Shown: piece after piece, positions 1-12,720 of the stretch
Layout: the number at the start of each line of letters is the position of its first letter
Position numbering within the stretch: position 1 is the first letter of the stretch
Origin: Felis catus
Taxonomy: Eukaryota
Length of the DNA stretch: 64,000 bases
Direction: 5' to 3'
Assembly (NCBI RefSeq): GCF_018350175.1
Contig: NC_058372.1
Location: 151,528,001-151,592,000, forward strand
Program-made: the position numbers and the translations under genes
Notes under the pieces: generated by a model
Database searches by the model: none
Seen by the model: the letters and a program-made list of their open reading frames with translations, nothing else
Told to the model about the DNA's origin: nothing

Positions 1-3000
1 CGGAGGGAGGTGGCCACGTAATTGTCACCACTGGGACAAGAGCTCGGGAGGCCAGCGGGATGGGCCGCTGTCATAGCATCCCCGGGCACCGGACCCACCC
101 GATGCTCGCTGGGCAGCGGCATGGGAACGCCCACCGCCCCTCGGGTGCCCGGGCGCCAACCACCTGCTAGATGCTGTGACTGTGCTCTCACCGGGCACGG
201 CCCCAGATGTCCATTCTGTGCCAGGCCGTCGTCCCACAGGTGAGGAAGAGGGGCTTCCGGGCAGTGGGACGCCAGCCTGCTCGGCACCTTCCCACACACT
301 GCCGTGGCTGTCGCTGCGCCCACCGCTAGCACAGCCCTGGAGCAGCAGAGGGCCGGGAGGGGAGGCCGGCCTCTCGCGGCCCGGCCTCTACCCTCTTCCT
401 AGGCTTCTGCCATTCTCTTGGTTCCAGTAGGAACCAGCGTCCAGGCCCAGCCCGACCTGCCTGGCTCTTGTGTTCCACCTTCTGCAATTTCAGGGTGTGC
501 ACCCTCCCTGCTGACCTGCCTCCGTAGGCCCCTCCTCTGTCCCCGGCCTGCAGATCCGGGAGGCCAGGGATCCTCCTCACTGGAAGCTTCTGTCGCTTGC
601 TGGTTGGTGTTTGTTCCTGGAGGAATGGAAAGGAGGTGGCCTCGGGCTTGTGTTCTCAGCCTCCTACTCACACTGCATTTTCCTGGTTGAAGGGAGACTC
701 CTGCCAAGCTGGGACTCCAGGTGTCCTGCCAGAGGGGTTGTCTTCACAGGTCGCAGAGCAAACGTGGTGGCTGCCGGGTCTCCAGGGGAGAAGATGAAAA
801 CATGGTCTCTTTCCAGCATTGACAGGGCTCTGCATACCCATTGCCCTCACTTCAGGGCCGGCCCTCTGGCTGCACGCCGAGCCACACGGGGTGCAGATGT
901 CCAGCTCGCACTTAGAAACACCCCGTTATTCAGAAAACTCCCCGCCTCTCCTCTCCTCTCCTAACCCAACACTGCGAGACTCGATTTCCAAGCACCGCGT
1001 TCCTGGGGCTTTAAAAATAAAGTCTGCCGGGAAGGCGTGGGCAGGGGAGACTGGCCCACGGCCGGGGTTGCGCTGCAGGAATTCGGGGAGGCCCGCAGGC
1101 AGCTGGCATCTGCCTCCTCGGCTGCAGTGGGGAAGGTCCTCAGTAGGCCGTGGCCTCCGCCCAGACCGTGGCTGTAGGTGCCGTGGACACAGAAGCAGCT
1201 GCAGAGCAGAATGCTTTTTGTCTGTAAGACACTCATATCAGGCAGGACGACGGGACAAACGTGGTTTCGAGGAGAAGCAACCTCGGGTCAGGGGCCAACA
1301 GCGCCCCGGTTGCTCAGGGAGCCGCGGGGATGCAGCTAGGGCGGTGGGGACAGAAGCGGCTTCCAGCATATCGCGTAAACAGAGACGGCACTGGGGGGTG
1401 GGGCTAGTGAAGCCCAAGGAGGAACAATTTGGTAAAATCTGAGATAACAGTTAGAGATACTTTATCTTTACTCTCAAAGAGGCTTCGATTTTTAACATTT
1501 CTTCCAAACAGTTTTGGAAGACAATTTCATGCTGTCTTTTTAGGAGAAAGAGAAACTGAAAATAAATGAGAATGAGTTTCTGCCCACGACGGTGCTGGGC
1601 TGTTTGACTCCACAGAAGACATTTACACCACAAACTCCTATTGCTTTGTTCAGAGCAAGGGGGGAAGCGAGAGGAAGTGATGGCACTGATGTCCGTGAGC
1701 CCACGCGGGAGAACTCCTCCGGGGCCCCGTGTCTGCCGGTCGCTGCTCTGCTCGGGGACGGGTTGGCGGCCGGCCAAGGGGGGGGCGTCAGCCTAGGCTT
1801 CTCCCTGCAGGCGTCCGGGGGGTGAACACCCAGAAGCCGGGCTGGGCCGGAACGGGACCCAGCCACCTGCCCGCCAGCCCGCACCCTCTGCCCCGAGGCC
1901 TGGCTGCTCTCGCTTGTCACCGGGGAGCTCAGCTGCTGATAAGCAAGAGGAGAAAATCCTCTCAAGAGGCTGGTCTGACTCCAGGCTCTCCTTAGAGCAC
2001 ATTCTGCTTGTGCCCCTACCCCAGACCGACGCGCCAGGCAGAGGGGGGCACCCGAAGGACTCAGAGCAACCAGTGCTCAGTACGTTCTACCTGTTTCTCA
2101 AAAAAATAAAGAGGGTGCGTTTCTGTGGTCAGACAGCTTTTCTCCCTGTGGGTCTCCCCAACATGGGTCCCCTGAGGGCGGGATGAGTAACATCTCCTAT
2201 CCCCCACCCCACCCAGGAACACCCGTGCCAGAACTGGGGTTCCACAAAACTCTCTTTGGGAAATGTGCCCGGTCCCCACAAAGAATCCTGCCACCTGGCC
2301 CTCCTGCTCGAGGACAAGGAGGACATTTTTCAGAGGGCGTCCCCAGTGAGACCTCCTCCCTAAATGTCCTGAGGTCAGGGGCGTTTGGAGAAAACAGCTA
2401 GCAGATTTTTACCGAGGATTTTAATTGGTCATGTGGGTGGATTCCCCACCAGACTGTCAGCCAAAATCCAAGCTAGAAGAACAAGGCCTCTCCTGTTCCT
2501 GTGCTGCACCCTTTCCTCAACACTAGAGACTGACGAGGGCCTGCTCCAGGAGGGACATTCTACATCCTGAGGCACCCAGATGAAGCAGGGAGGGCCCCTG
2601 CCTGTGACTTCAGCGTGCGGACTTTCCAGACATGTGGCAGCTCTGTTTCTGTGACTTAGCATTTTCCTGGTGCCAAAGACAGCTCTCTGTCTGGGACTTA
2701 CAGTCAGTCAGGTTGATCCAGAGTATCTGAGCCACCACAACTGGAGAAGACAGGCCTTGGGGGCCATCACAGCTGCGGGAGGAGACGGGCCCTGGGGGCC
2801 CATCACAGCACCTCTGTGCTTTAGTTACAACACAAACAATGGACAATCTGGGTTTGTGTCCTTATGCGGCCAAACAAACAGAAATCACAACAATCTACAG
2901 TTAAAAAACTCCTTGCTTATATATTATAAAAATAGGGATTGATAATTATTTGGCCCGTATAGGAATACCACCTAGATAAATATGAGATTAAATATGAACA

Positions 3001-3406
3001 CAGACTGTCTTACTTTTCCCAACTCTAAGGAATTTTTTAACTTGTGAACTATGCTTCCCCACCCTTTTCGCTTTCCATAGGAAAATGCTCAACTGGCTAA
3101 AACTTTCAGAGAGTAAATAGATCCAGTCTCAGTGTCTCAGGTCCTCACTCGGGTGTGGATGCAGGTGTAGACGCGGTGTCGTCTGCACTCACAGGCATCC
3201 CGTAGCCCTGTGTTGGACTTCAGTGGGCATCGGGGCACACAGCCTGGGGTCTCTGTGTCCTTTTGAGGTGACCCCGTCTGGGCTGCAGTTTATGTCCAGT
3301 AGGTAGGGTGACTGCTGACAGCCCAGGGATTGTGACGACTAAGGGGTCTCTTCTCTTCCAGAGAAAAGCAGCCTACTAGCCGCCGTGTGCCTGTAGGTAA
3401 TGCCCA

Positions 3407-3431
3407 GGGACAGGGACAGGGACAGGGAGGG
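3407..3431 (+). repeat. (GGGACA)n short repeat forming a canonical G-quadruplex motif
   Basis: GGGacaGGGacaGGGacaGGGaGGG: five G3 runs with 1-3 nt loops. Confidence 0.7.
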
Positions 3432-4965
3432 ACAGAGGGCTGTGCTGGCTCCTGCCTCCTCTGAGGCAAAAAAGACAGCCTGCTCACCCTTCCCTGTCCC
3501 TTCGGCAACCACGCACATTGTCGATGTGAATTTAGCAGGCGGGCAATAGTAGCTTACCCCGGGCCTGCGTGAACCGTGAATCCAACAGGTGGGACACGAA
3601 GCTCGGTCCCGCCACGTGTGGAGCCCTGGGAAAGAGGAAGAAGCAGTGTGTGGCCACGGCGTGGCCGTGTGATCCCGTTTCGGAAGCCCATGACGTGCCT
3701 GACTCCGTTCCTGGCCGGCTTTGCCCAAAGAATTCACTGCGGGGCTTCCCAGTTTTTCACCAAAAAGGAAAAAATTAAGTACTTATTTATTATTTTCTTC
3801 TTTCCTTCAAAGGCAAAAAGCTTGAAGGTAGCAAAAGGAACGTAAGTGAGCAGGAACCGTGCACCAGGTGAGGAAGACCATCTCCCGGAACTTTCAGGGG
3901 CCCGGGGCCAGTCGGGCAGCAGGAGGCCACTGGACTCTCTCTTCACCGGTGTTCATGACGACTTCCTGTGAGGGCCGTACAGGTGCACAGGGACTGCGTG
4001 AGCTCCGTGTCCCGTCCTGTCCTGCAGTCTCCCTGGGGACAGGGCCATTCACCCCACCACCCGTCTGTCTGCCTCAGCCCAAAGGATGGCGGCTAACTCC
4101 TAAAATGAAACCATCACCACGATGGCTCCTTGGGACCAGGGACGGATGGCCCCTCTGGTGCCAGGGTCAAAGGGAGAGACGAGGAGGGCCAGGCCTTGGG
4201 CACAGCTTGAATGTGGGTCCGGATCCAGGCCCAGCAGCAGAAACCAGGTGTGGGGTCCCTGTCCCAGTGAGACAGGCAAACAGCCACGCCTCTCATTCTG
4301 TCATGCCGGTCTCTCCCACTTGCCCTGGGAAGCTGCCTTGTAAATGCTTTAGGAACCAATGTTTATAGCAGAGAGGGCGGGGTCAGGACGACCGTCATCA
4401 AAGCCGGTTTCTTCTGAAGTTCAGAAGCTTTGGTGCAGGAAGTTCCCATCCCGTCCCCCATGCTTCCCACCTCACTCGTTCAGGCTCTTCTCCTTTCCTG
4501 TTTCAGCCAGAGACAGGACACTGCGCCCACCTCACCCGCCCACCTCACCGTGCCCAGACCTGATGGGTTCAGAAGGAGGCAGAAGCCTCGGCCCGCTGGC
4601 CCTGGGACGGCCCCTCCTGACCCCAGAGCCTTCCTGGGCCAGGGGTTTCCACCCACCCTTCTCCCCAAGTCCGACCCAAACTCCCGGGTGGGCAAAAATG
4701 TGAGTCAGGTAAGAACCCAGAGGAAGCAGACTTTGTATGCAGGCGAGTCCCGGCTAGGGGCCCGTAAGGAGACGGTGCTGTCCAGTCTGTGCTGTAGGAC
4801 ACCGGGCGCCCTGATGCGTCGTTGGCCATAGTATTCGTCCATGGGGAACTGATGAGCCTTTGAATCATGGGGGACCTCGTATGCACACACGCACATCTCG
4901 GAACACGGCCCCCCGTGTGTTCGTGTCCACCCGCCCAGGAACCAACACCGACCGGGTTCCTGGCC

Positions 4966-5268
4966 TGCGAGTCGGCCGTGGAGGCCGTGACAAACACCAC
5001 CTCACGGCCGTGGAGACCCGAGCTGGGGCCACGGCGTCCAGTCAGGACCCATCCCAGGAACTTCCCCCGCCTTCATATTGTCCTCCTCTGAGTCCTTCCC
5101 CGTAAGGACGACAGACAGTGGCTGCATTAGGGCCCACCCTGCTCCCTGCTCGCATCTTAACTACTTGTATCTGCAGGGACCCTACGTCAAATAGGGTCAC
5201 ATTGTAAAGTGCCAGGGGTTAGGACCTCAATGTAAGAATTTGGGGGAGGCACAACTCCACCCATAGCG
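4966..5268 (-). mobile_element. MLT1-type MaLR solo LTR, degenerate
   Basis: Right part 'attagggcccaccct...catcttaact...atctgcagggaccct...aaatagggtcacatt...ggggttaggacctcaatgtaagaatttgggggaggcacaactccacccatagc' matches the reverse complement of the MLT1 LTR start. Left boundary is approximate. Confidence 0.75.
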
Positions 5269-5859
5269 GACCCCTTGTTCATTCACCAGCCACTGGATGA
5301 CGCACCTTCTGTAAGCAGGGAGCAAGGCTGGGGTCATCTCCACACACTGGTGACCCCAGCACCTCAGCCCCAGGCAGGGCCCATCTTTCTCCGCAAAGTA
5401 ATGGGCGAGCGGCCCCCAGGTTTCTCACATGTTAGGACTGTGAGAGTCGACTCTTCCTCTGGTCGCAGGCCACTGGAAGGTCAGGCTTCTGTCAGCCCTG
5501 TGCTGCATGGCCAGGCAGCTGAGGAAACACGTCCAGTGCCTCCCACGAGCCCTTGGCTGCGTCACACCACGAAAAGAGCACACAGACAGCACTCAGCCTT
5601 TGCCCTCAGTCCCCCCGGGGCCTGCCCACAAGCAGCTTCCCACAGCCCCGGCCTCGTTCAGACCACCATCACCGTCCAGCCCCAGCTGGGACATCACCCC
5701 CTGTCTGACTCCTGAGTTCACTTGGTTTGTTTGTAATCCTTCAGGGCTGAGTGTGGTTTCAACGAAGCGCAGGACGAGGACTAGGAGACATGCTGTGGAA
5801 AGCAGTCTGGAGGGCCCAGGATGACAGTGCACGTCTCAGGATGCAAGCAGCCTGTCCTG

Positions 5860-6720
5860 CACCTGCTCATCCAGGAGCACCACCACCAGGTGCCCCACCG
5901 GGTGCTGGGGACCAGCCCTGCCTTCCTGGGCTCACTGTCTTCTGTGGAGAGACAGCCCAATAAACAGACGCACAGTAGAGTGACTTCCGGTCAGCGCGCA
6001 GGAGGACAACTGCTGGTCAGCCCCGTGGGGAGACGGCCCAAGAAACAGACGCACAGCAGGGCGACTGCTGGTCAGCACACAGTGGGGTGACTGCCGGTCA
6101 GCACCGTGGAGAAAAATAAGGCGAGAGAGTCGGCTGGGATGAGGCTCTCCCTTGCGCGTGCCAGGAGGCCTCTCTGGAAGGCGACACTGAAGGGCGTGTG
6201 AATGAAGTCAGGGCCAGCGGTGAAGTGTCGGGGAAACAGACAGAGGAGCAGCGAGTCTGAGGCCCTGCGGGGAGAGCGGGCCGCGGAGCCCTGGGCCAGA
6301 CGGGAGACAAGAGCTCTCCGGTGCAGCCCTCGGGGCGTTGGGAGCCCGGGGTGTGGCCTGACCTGGGTGCAGATGGCGGGCACGTGGGCAGGGCTCTGCA
6401 GCCAACCACGGGAGGCACGGAGTCTAGCCCGCTGACCCTCGAGGGGCCGGTGCGTAGACTGTGCCTGAGACCAGACGCGGGGACGTGGCCCCGGGGCTGT
6501 CAGTCCGCGCGGCACCCACTGCTAGCTTGAGGAAGATTATGGAGAAGCAGACGAGCTCAGTGAGCGGGGGCAGCTCCCTGGACACCCGAGTGCAGATACT
6601 GGGGAGCTCAGGACGGGCTGAAGATGCACGTTTGACAAGTTTGGCATCATCTTGAGGGCCGTGACCTAAACAAGTCCCCACGGAATGAACCCAGAGAAGC
6701 AGGCGGAGAGACTAAGGACC
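5860..6720 (-). mobile_element. L2 LINE fragment, GC-shifted
   Basis: Motifs 'ggagagacagcccaataaacag', 'aggcctctctggaaggcgacactgaag', 'gaggccctg' and 'gagctcaggacgggctgaagatgcacgtttg' follow the order of the antisense L2 3' region. Confidence 0.6.
5944..6112 (+). repeat. 81-bp period tandem duplication with internal ~25-bp subrepeat
   Basis: Units start at 5944, 6025 and 6106 ('gtgg(a/g)ga'). Each full unit has two 'act(g/t)c(c/t)ggtcagc' subunits. Confidence 0.8.
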
Positions 6721-7310
6721 GGCTGGTAGGTGAGAGGGGTCCTGGGCGGGGGGGGGGGGCGAGCCAGGCTGCCTATCGCCGATGGGCGGTGGTGCCGCTA
6801 GGGACTGAGCAGGAGGGCGGCGGGGCCCCGGGTGGGGAGCCAAGGGGCTTGTCTCGGTGGGGAGGGGCCGTCCCATGGTTGTGCACCGTGGGGAGACGGC
6901 CCAATGTCGGGAACAATTCTCTCCGTGGAGACTTCTCTTTCTCTCCTGCGCTACATTTTCAGGCATCGGCGTCTACTGCCTTCGTACTTAGGAAACGGGG
7001 GTTACCGAAACGGGCCCGGCCCGCGCATCTTGCCCGCTAACCTGCCCGCACTCGTGACAGGCTGGGCCCCCCGGGCTCCCTCCTTCCTACCCCACCTCTT
7101 CTGATGTAAGGCGTCTTCCCGGCCAGGATCCCACGTGGTGGTTTGCAAGTTTGGGTAGGAAAGTCTGATCTTGACAAAGACTGGGATCTGGCTCCGAGAG
7201 GCCAGGTCGCAGAGGGAGACAAGGCAAACCTTTTGTTCCCGAACAAACCCAGTGAGCAGAGGCCAGATGGCTGAGCGACTCCTCACGAACCCCAGGACGC
7301 CTTGGGTTTT

Positions 7311-7534
7311 TTTTTTTAATTTTTTTTTTTTTTACATTTATTTATTTTTGAGAGACAGAGAGAGACAGTGCGAGCGGGGAGGGGCAGAGACGGAGGGAGA
7401 CACAGAATCTGAGGCGGGCTCCAGGCTCCGAGCTGTCAGCACAGAACCCGACGCGGGGCTCGAACCCACGAACCGTGAGATCACGACCGGAGCCGAACTC
7501 GGACGCTTCACCGACTGAGCCCCCCAGGCGCCCC
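7311..7534 (-). mobile_element. CanSINE (SINEC_Fc type)
   Basis: Reverse-strand tRNA-derived head ending ...ccaggcgcccc, (GA)n region and poly-T. 17-bp TSD aggac(g/a)ccttgggtttt at 7294-7310 and 7535-7551. Confidence 0.97.
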
Positions 7535-9884
7535 AGGACACCTTGGGTTTTGAGGTTCCCTGAGCAGAGCAGCAGACGCTGTGCTGGTCCATGCAAAGCC
7601 CACACTGTCGGGACCAGGCCAAGTTAGCCCTTTGGCTCCTCAGGGAAGCCGCTGACCATAAACTCAGGAGCAGACAGACCGCAGGAGCGGCTGCCCTCTC
7701 GGCAAAGATGCCACCACGTTCTGTGTGAGGGTCTCTGCACGCTTCGGGAACACCACACAGCCACTCAGCCTCCCTGTTGGCCTCCTGCCCAAACCTTCAC
7801 CTGTTTCCCTAGCAACCAACCCTGAGACACCTTTCAATTTGCAAAATTTCAGGTCAAAAGAGAAGTGTTAGAATTTGCCATAAAAATAAAAAATAAACAT
7901 CTTGATTTGTCAAAAGGGTTCGAAGAATCCCAAGAACATACCGCTGCACAGGCAGGAACGTTCGCCTGCTCTTCCGGGCGAGGGGTCTAGACGTACAGCA
8001 GGGTCTCAGGGGCACAGGAGGAGCACGTGGGGCAGCCTGTGGACCCCACGGCCAAGCAGGAGGGCCACGGTCACCTCCTGCTGCCAGACGGCCCCTGTTG
8101 AGCTCCGGGACACTGCCTTTTGGCCTGGGGGACAGAGGACACACGAGTCTGAGGCCAGGACCCTGTGCCGTCCACACGTGCAACACCATTCGTCCACTTC
8201 TGTGCTTACAGGGCACAGCAGCTGGAGGTCTTACCCGAATCCTGGTAGAGGAACCGGCAGTGCCGGATTCTGCCAAGGCCACGGCCGCCCGACCCCTGGA
8301 CGAAACGGAAGCTGTGAGTGTTGGGCGGCTGCTCGTAGCAGGCAAGGAGGCGAGGCTCATCTCTTATGTGCCTGCCAGGTAAGGACGAGAGCCATCCCTC
8401 TGCTGGAGCAGATGTCTGGACATCTGTGGGCAGGGGCAGCTTCCACGGGGCCGGCAGGACGCTGGGCCGGGGCCAGAGCTCAGCTGTTCCAGGAGCTGAA
8501 CGGCCGAGGGCCGCAGGCCACGGGGCGGGAGGGCTCTGACTCAGTGCAGCCGGCAGAGGGTGAGCCTGATCGATTTCCAGGCAAGTGGGGATCCCCCCAG
8601 GGGCTCCCCAGGGACCCCCAGCCTCTGTGCAGCTCCAGCCCTTGCCTGGGCCCTGCCTCCACTCAAGGGGCGTAGGACACACGACAGCGATTCATGCCAC
8701 AGGACGCTTGTGCCAACTCCTGAGGCTCATGCAGGCGGCCACAGGTGGGGACACCTGGGTCACAGGTGGCCGGGGGCAAGAGGCCTCTGGCCTCCTGTTG
8801 TCTGGAAATCATGGGACTCACTCTGAAGTAGCATGCCTGTCAAGAATTCAGTTCTTAGTGACAAAGACTCAGGAGATGCTGAGCCCTCTCCTCGCCGTTG
8901 ATGCTGGCGCCACTGGGAGCATACCTGACTTGCTGAAGGCAATAAATTCAGAAAGGAAGAGGCCCCCCGGCCAGTGGTAGGTGGTGGTGTTTCCAGGAGG
9001 GTTCGGGATCCCATCGGGCCCTCCCCAAGGAGAACTGCCATTGAAACCGTGAAGATTCCAATAAAATCATTTTTCCTCTTCCTGCCATGCTGCAGGTGCT
9101 TCAGGGCTAGGAGCTGCGGGAGGCCACGCTTTGCCCAGGTTGTAAACAGCTACAACACCGATCAAAGGGGCTACACAGACCTAATCACAGAGCTTGACAG
9201 TGAGGGCAGTGAGGGTTTCGCCTGCGACAAAGATGAACGTGGGGGTAAGATCCCGATCCATCCTGAGAATGCAGGGCACTTTCCGGGGTCCCCTCCTGGT
9301 CTCCTTCCCTTCCTCCCCTCAGCAGTGGGACCGGACCACGCAGTGGACAGTCTAAACTCAGATGGCCTAGTGGTCCCTGCATCCAACATCCATTTCACAT
9401 AAAAGGCGGGGAGGGGGGGAGATTTTCAGGTTCAAAGGGAGAAAGTAAGCCCTGGAACTTCCCTGAGAAACGCTACCACTGGGAATACAGTGAAGAATCC
9501 GGGAGCAGACATCCCTCCTCCAAGTGGCTTAGTGACAGGCACAGGTGTCGCCCTCGAATGTCCTTCTAGCCCATCTCTAAAGGAGCGCCCGGGAGCTCGG
9601 GGACAACAGTGCCTCGCGCCGAACTTGGTCGTGGCCACGAGGGTACCACCCAGGTCCCTGCTGCGGAGACTGAGAGTACAGGGCACGGGTCTCACTCCCG
9701 CTGCAGAGACTGAGTATGTCCTGGTGTTTTCTCCTCGCCTGGTTGCGTCCACATCGTACAGGCCACGCAGGACTGCGTTGATGGAGCCGGGACTGGTGCC
9801 TGTTTGCTATGAAGGACCTGGCGTCAGGCAAGGAAGGTCACAGTATCTACCGGCGCAACGGGAACCACTTTAAAGGGTGCAGTT

Positions 9885-10255
9885 GTGTCATCCAGGGTCC
9901 CCGCAGAAGCCAAACTGACACGACACACACGTGTACAGGCAGAGAGGTGGACTCTGAAGACCTGGCTCCCGCAGTTGTTGGGGCTGACGAGTCGAAATTA
10001 TGCAGAGCAGGCCAGCAGGCTGGGATCTCAGGCAGGATGTCCACGTTGCTTCTTCTTCGAGAACAGTCTGTCTGTTTCTTTGCGGGCCTTCAGCTGTTTG
10101 CACGTTACGCAGGGTCACCCACTTTCCTGAAAGTGGCCCGATGCGAAGTTGATCTCGTCCAAACAATACCTCACAGCAGCATCTCCCCAAGCGTTTGGGA
10201 GAACACCGGGCACTATGGACCAGCCTGGAGGACACGTGAACCGAACACTCTTGGA
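9885..10255 (-). mobile_element. MLT2 (ERVL) LTR, degenerate
   Basis: 'cagggtccccgcagaag', 'gcagagcaggccagcaggctgggatctcagg', 'gccttcagctg', 'aatacctcacagcagcatct' and 'gggcactatggaccagcc' follow the reverse complement of MLT2. Confidence 0.7.
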
Positions 10256-11979
10256 CCCTGAAGTCACGTACTCGGCAGTCTGGAAGTCTGTTCCTTCCGT
10301 ACGTCCCCTCTGGGAAGCAGAGAAGGTGCAGGACTGTGCCTCCGGGAAGAGGCAGCCTTGCCAGCGACAGGCTCCTTGTGTCTCATCCAGGCTCTCGGCT
10401 CGAGTGACGGCGTCTCAGAGGCCTACAGGGGAGGCCTCGGTCGCTGCGCCCTTGTGGAAAGACTGGGCTCAGAACTCACGTGCAACCCAGCACGAAGAAC
10501 AGTCACAAGCTGACCCCCTGCTGCCGTGTTCTGGGGACCAGGAGGCCTCGCTTTCAGTCCCCAGGCCCCACGGTTCCCTGGGTGTCTGCCCGCAGCTGAG
10601 CAACAGTCTGGGCCCCAGAAGGGTTGGGACCTCAGTCACTTGAAGGCCACCAGCTCTGACATCAGGACCAGAGCCGACGCCTCTGGAGAGGCCCCGAGAG
10701 GAGGGAGGCCTCGGAGACATGTCTCGTGGTGCAGCACGTCACGCCCCCTCCCTGCTGGCTCTCTTCCGGGGCTTAGCAGTAACTGCTCTCGGAACAAAAT
10801 CCAGAGCCATAAACATGAGTGGGGTGCTGGCACTCTCCCCTTCCTCCGAGCCCATCCGAGGCCCCGCCCCCCGCTTGCTCTGCTCCTGGCGGCCACACTG
10901 GCTCTGGCTCTGTCCTGCAGACGCACGGCCTCCCCCATCAGGGCCCCTCGCCCCTCCCCCGAGCTGCAGGGGCTGGCCCTCCCTTCCTCCTGGCTCACCA
11001 TGCAGGCTGCCTCCCCAGGTGTCCCTGACCACTGGCCACACCGCCTCCCCGGTTGTCTCTTATCAAAACCTCGTCAACAGCAGAATTGCCCTTCTCAGAC
11101 GTGGGGCTCTCCGTGCTGTCTGCTTGTTTAGCACGATGCCCCAGGGGCCGGGCTGGAGCTGTAGGTGCTCAGAGGACAGTGGGCACCCAGCTCAAGGCTC
11201 TTGGGGTGCCCTGGGGACCCATACCCAACCGGCCCCCTACGTCACGTCCGTACCCGGCTTCTCTCTCGTGCTGACCCATGTCTCCTTGACAGGCCTAGGT
11301 CTCCCGCCTCATTCGGCAAGCAGACGTCTAGGGGAGCTCACATCTCCCAGGATGCAGCGGGGAGCATGTCAGATGTGCGTGAGGACTGCAGGCCCCGGAC
11401 CGTCCACAGGTCACTGGGCCTCCCCAGGCCTGCCGTCCTGTCCCGTTTCTTCTCTCCCGAGGGTGGTGAGATCGCACAGAGGGATTGCTCTCCAAAGCCC
11501 CCAGTTCAGAATGATGCAGTTCTCAGGCTATAAGAACCATGGTCTTAGAAGGAATGCGTACGCCTTAGATGACCGTGTACAGCTGAAGTCCGGAAACGGG
11601 CGGGTAGGGCGCCTTCTCCTATGACCTGTTCAGACTGCCTCGGGCCCAGGATGCCTTCCTACTGCCTTTATTCAAGGGTGATTGGTGTGGCTTGAAGGCC
11701 ACCGTTGCCGTGGCCACTGAGCCCTTGTGATGTCACATGCTGGTGGAGAAGCTGGTGGTGTCAGTGCCCAGCCCCCACGGCCCTGTGGGATTGCTGTGGT
11801 CAGGAAAGATCATGAGCAGGCAGGCAGGCTGCCGAGGGGCCCACGGCCCATGTGCACAGAGTGTTTGCGAAGCTACCTTCCCCGTCCAGCAGCCCCCCCA
11901 GCCCTGGCCGGGTGCCCCCCGGGCACCCCTGGGACTGGCCCATCAGGACCGAGCACGGAACTCTGTGCACAGCCTCCTG

Positions 11980-12105
11980 CCAGGAGGGCAGATCCGGGGG
12001 GGGACAGAGCCTGGCTGGCTTTTCACAGTGACCCTGGTTCCAGCACAGCGACTTAGGGAGGCGTGGGCCGGACACTCAATAAACGTTTGTTTAGTGAGTG
12101 GATAG
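11980..12105 (+). mobile_element. L2 3' end fragment
   Basis: 'ccagcacagcg...cactcaataaacgtttgtttagtgagtgga' resembles the L2 terminus ctcaataaatatttgttgaatgaatga. Confidence 0.55.
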
Positions 12106-12109
12106 AGGC

Positions 12110-12720
12110 AAACATTAGCCTCTTGAATACTGATCTTCCAATGCGGATTTAACAGCTGGGTGAAACGTGGTACCTGCACTGACATCTCGTGAGTAAGTGC
12201 AAGCCGTTCCCGGGTGTGTCTCCCTCATTCACTAAACAAAGATCTGCGCTCGGCAGGTTGCGATAGTGGCCTGGATAGTGCAGTGGCACCGAATAGTGCA
12301 TTATCGCCCTATAAACTGATTTCTACTAAGCCTGTTAAGCAAATGAAACTGCCAGAATTACTAAGCTCAAAATGCATAACACACAAAGTAAAATATCAAG
12401 AAACATAAAACCCATGCAGGATTCTTCACCAACATTCAGCTATCATCAGTCATTCTTTATTGGATCTTTATTTTCTTCCAAAGGAAAACCATCATGCAAG
12501 AAGAAGAGAATTTTACAGGCAATTTATAGAACATAAATATATAAATACACATCCCGAAGACATATATAAATTAGCAAATAATTAGTCACGTTATCAAAGC
12601 CTGTAAGAGGCAATTCCTCCAGAATAGACAGAGTTAGCCCTGTAGTAAAGCCATTTTTAAAAGAAGACATGTCCCTATTTATAGACCGTAACTTCATAAT
12701 TCTATTTCAAAGAATAGACA
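12110..12720. promoter_or_regulatory. AT-rich non-repeat block, candidate conserved non-coding element
   Basis: Abrupt AT-rich island in a GC-rich context with no recognisable repeat. Contains AACAAAG (SOX-like), TAATTA and GCAAAT (octamer-like) motifs. Conservation not tested. Confidence 0.3.

Noticed and set aside
2820-3130. AT-rich island with TATA-like tatataaa-type runs
   Set aside because: No supporting promoter context. It cannot be separated from an old repeat or neutral AT patch without alignment.
8830-9880. Possible ERVL internal sequence or processed pseudogene next to the MLT2 LTR
   Set aside because: I could not recognise gag/pol motifs, a primer-binding site, a poly(A) tail or a TSD.
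10719-11624. 301-aa ORF, and similar 200-290 aa ORFs at 7.9, 15.8, 22.6-23.7, 45, 53.7, 58 and 61.6 kb
   Set aside because: P/G/R/A/S-rich translations are expected by chance in high-GC DNA. They overlap on both strands, often use non-ATG starts and show no recognisable domains.
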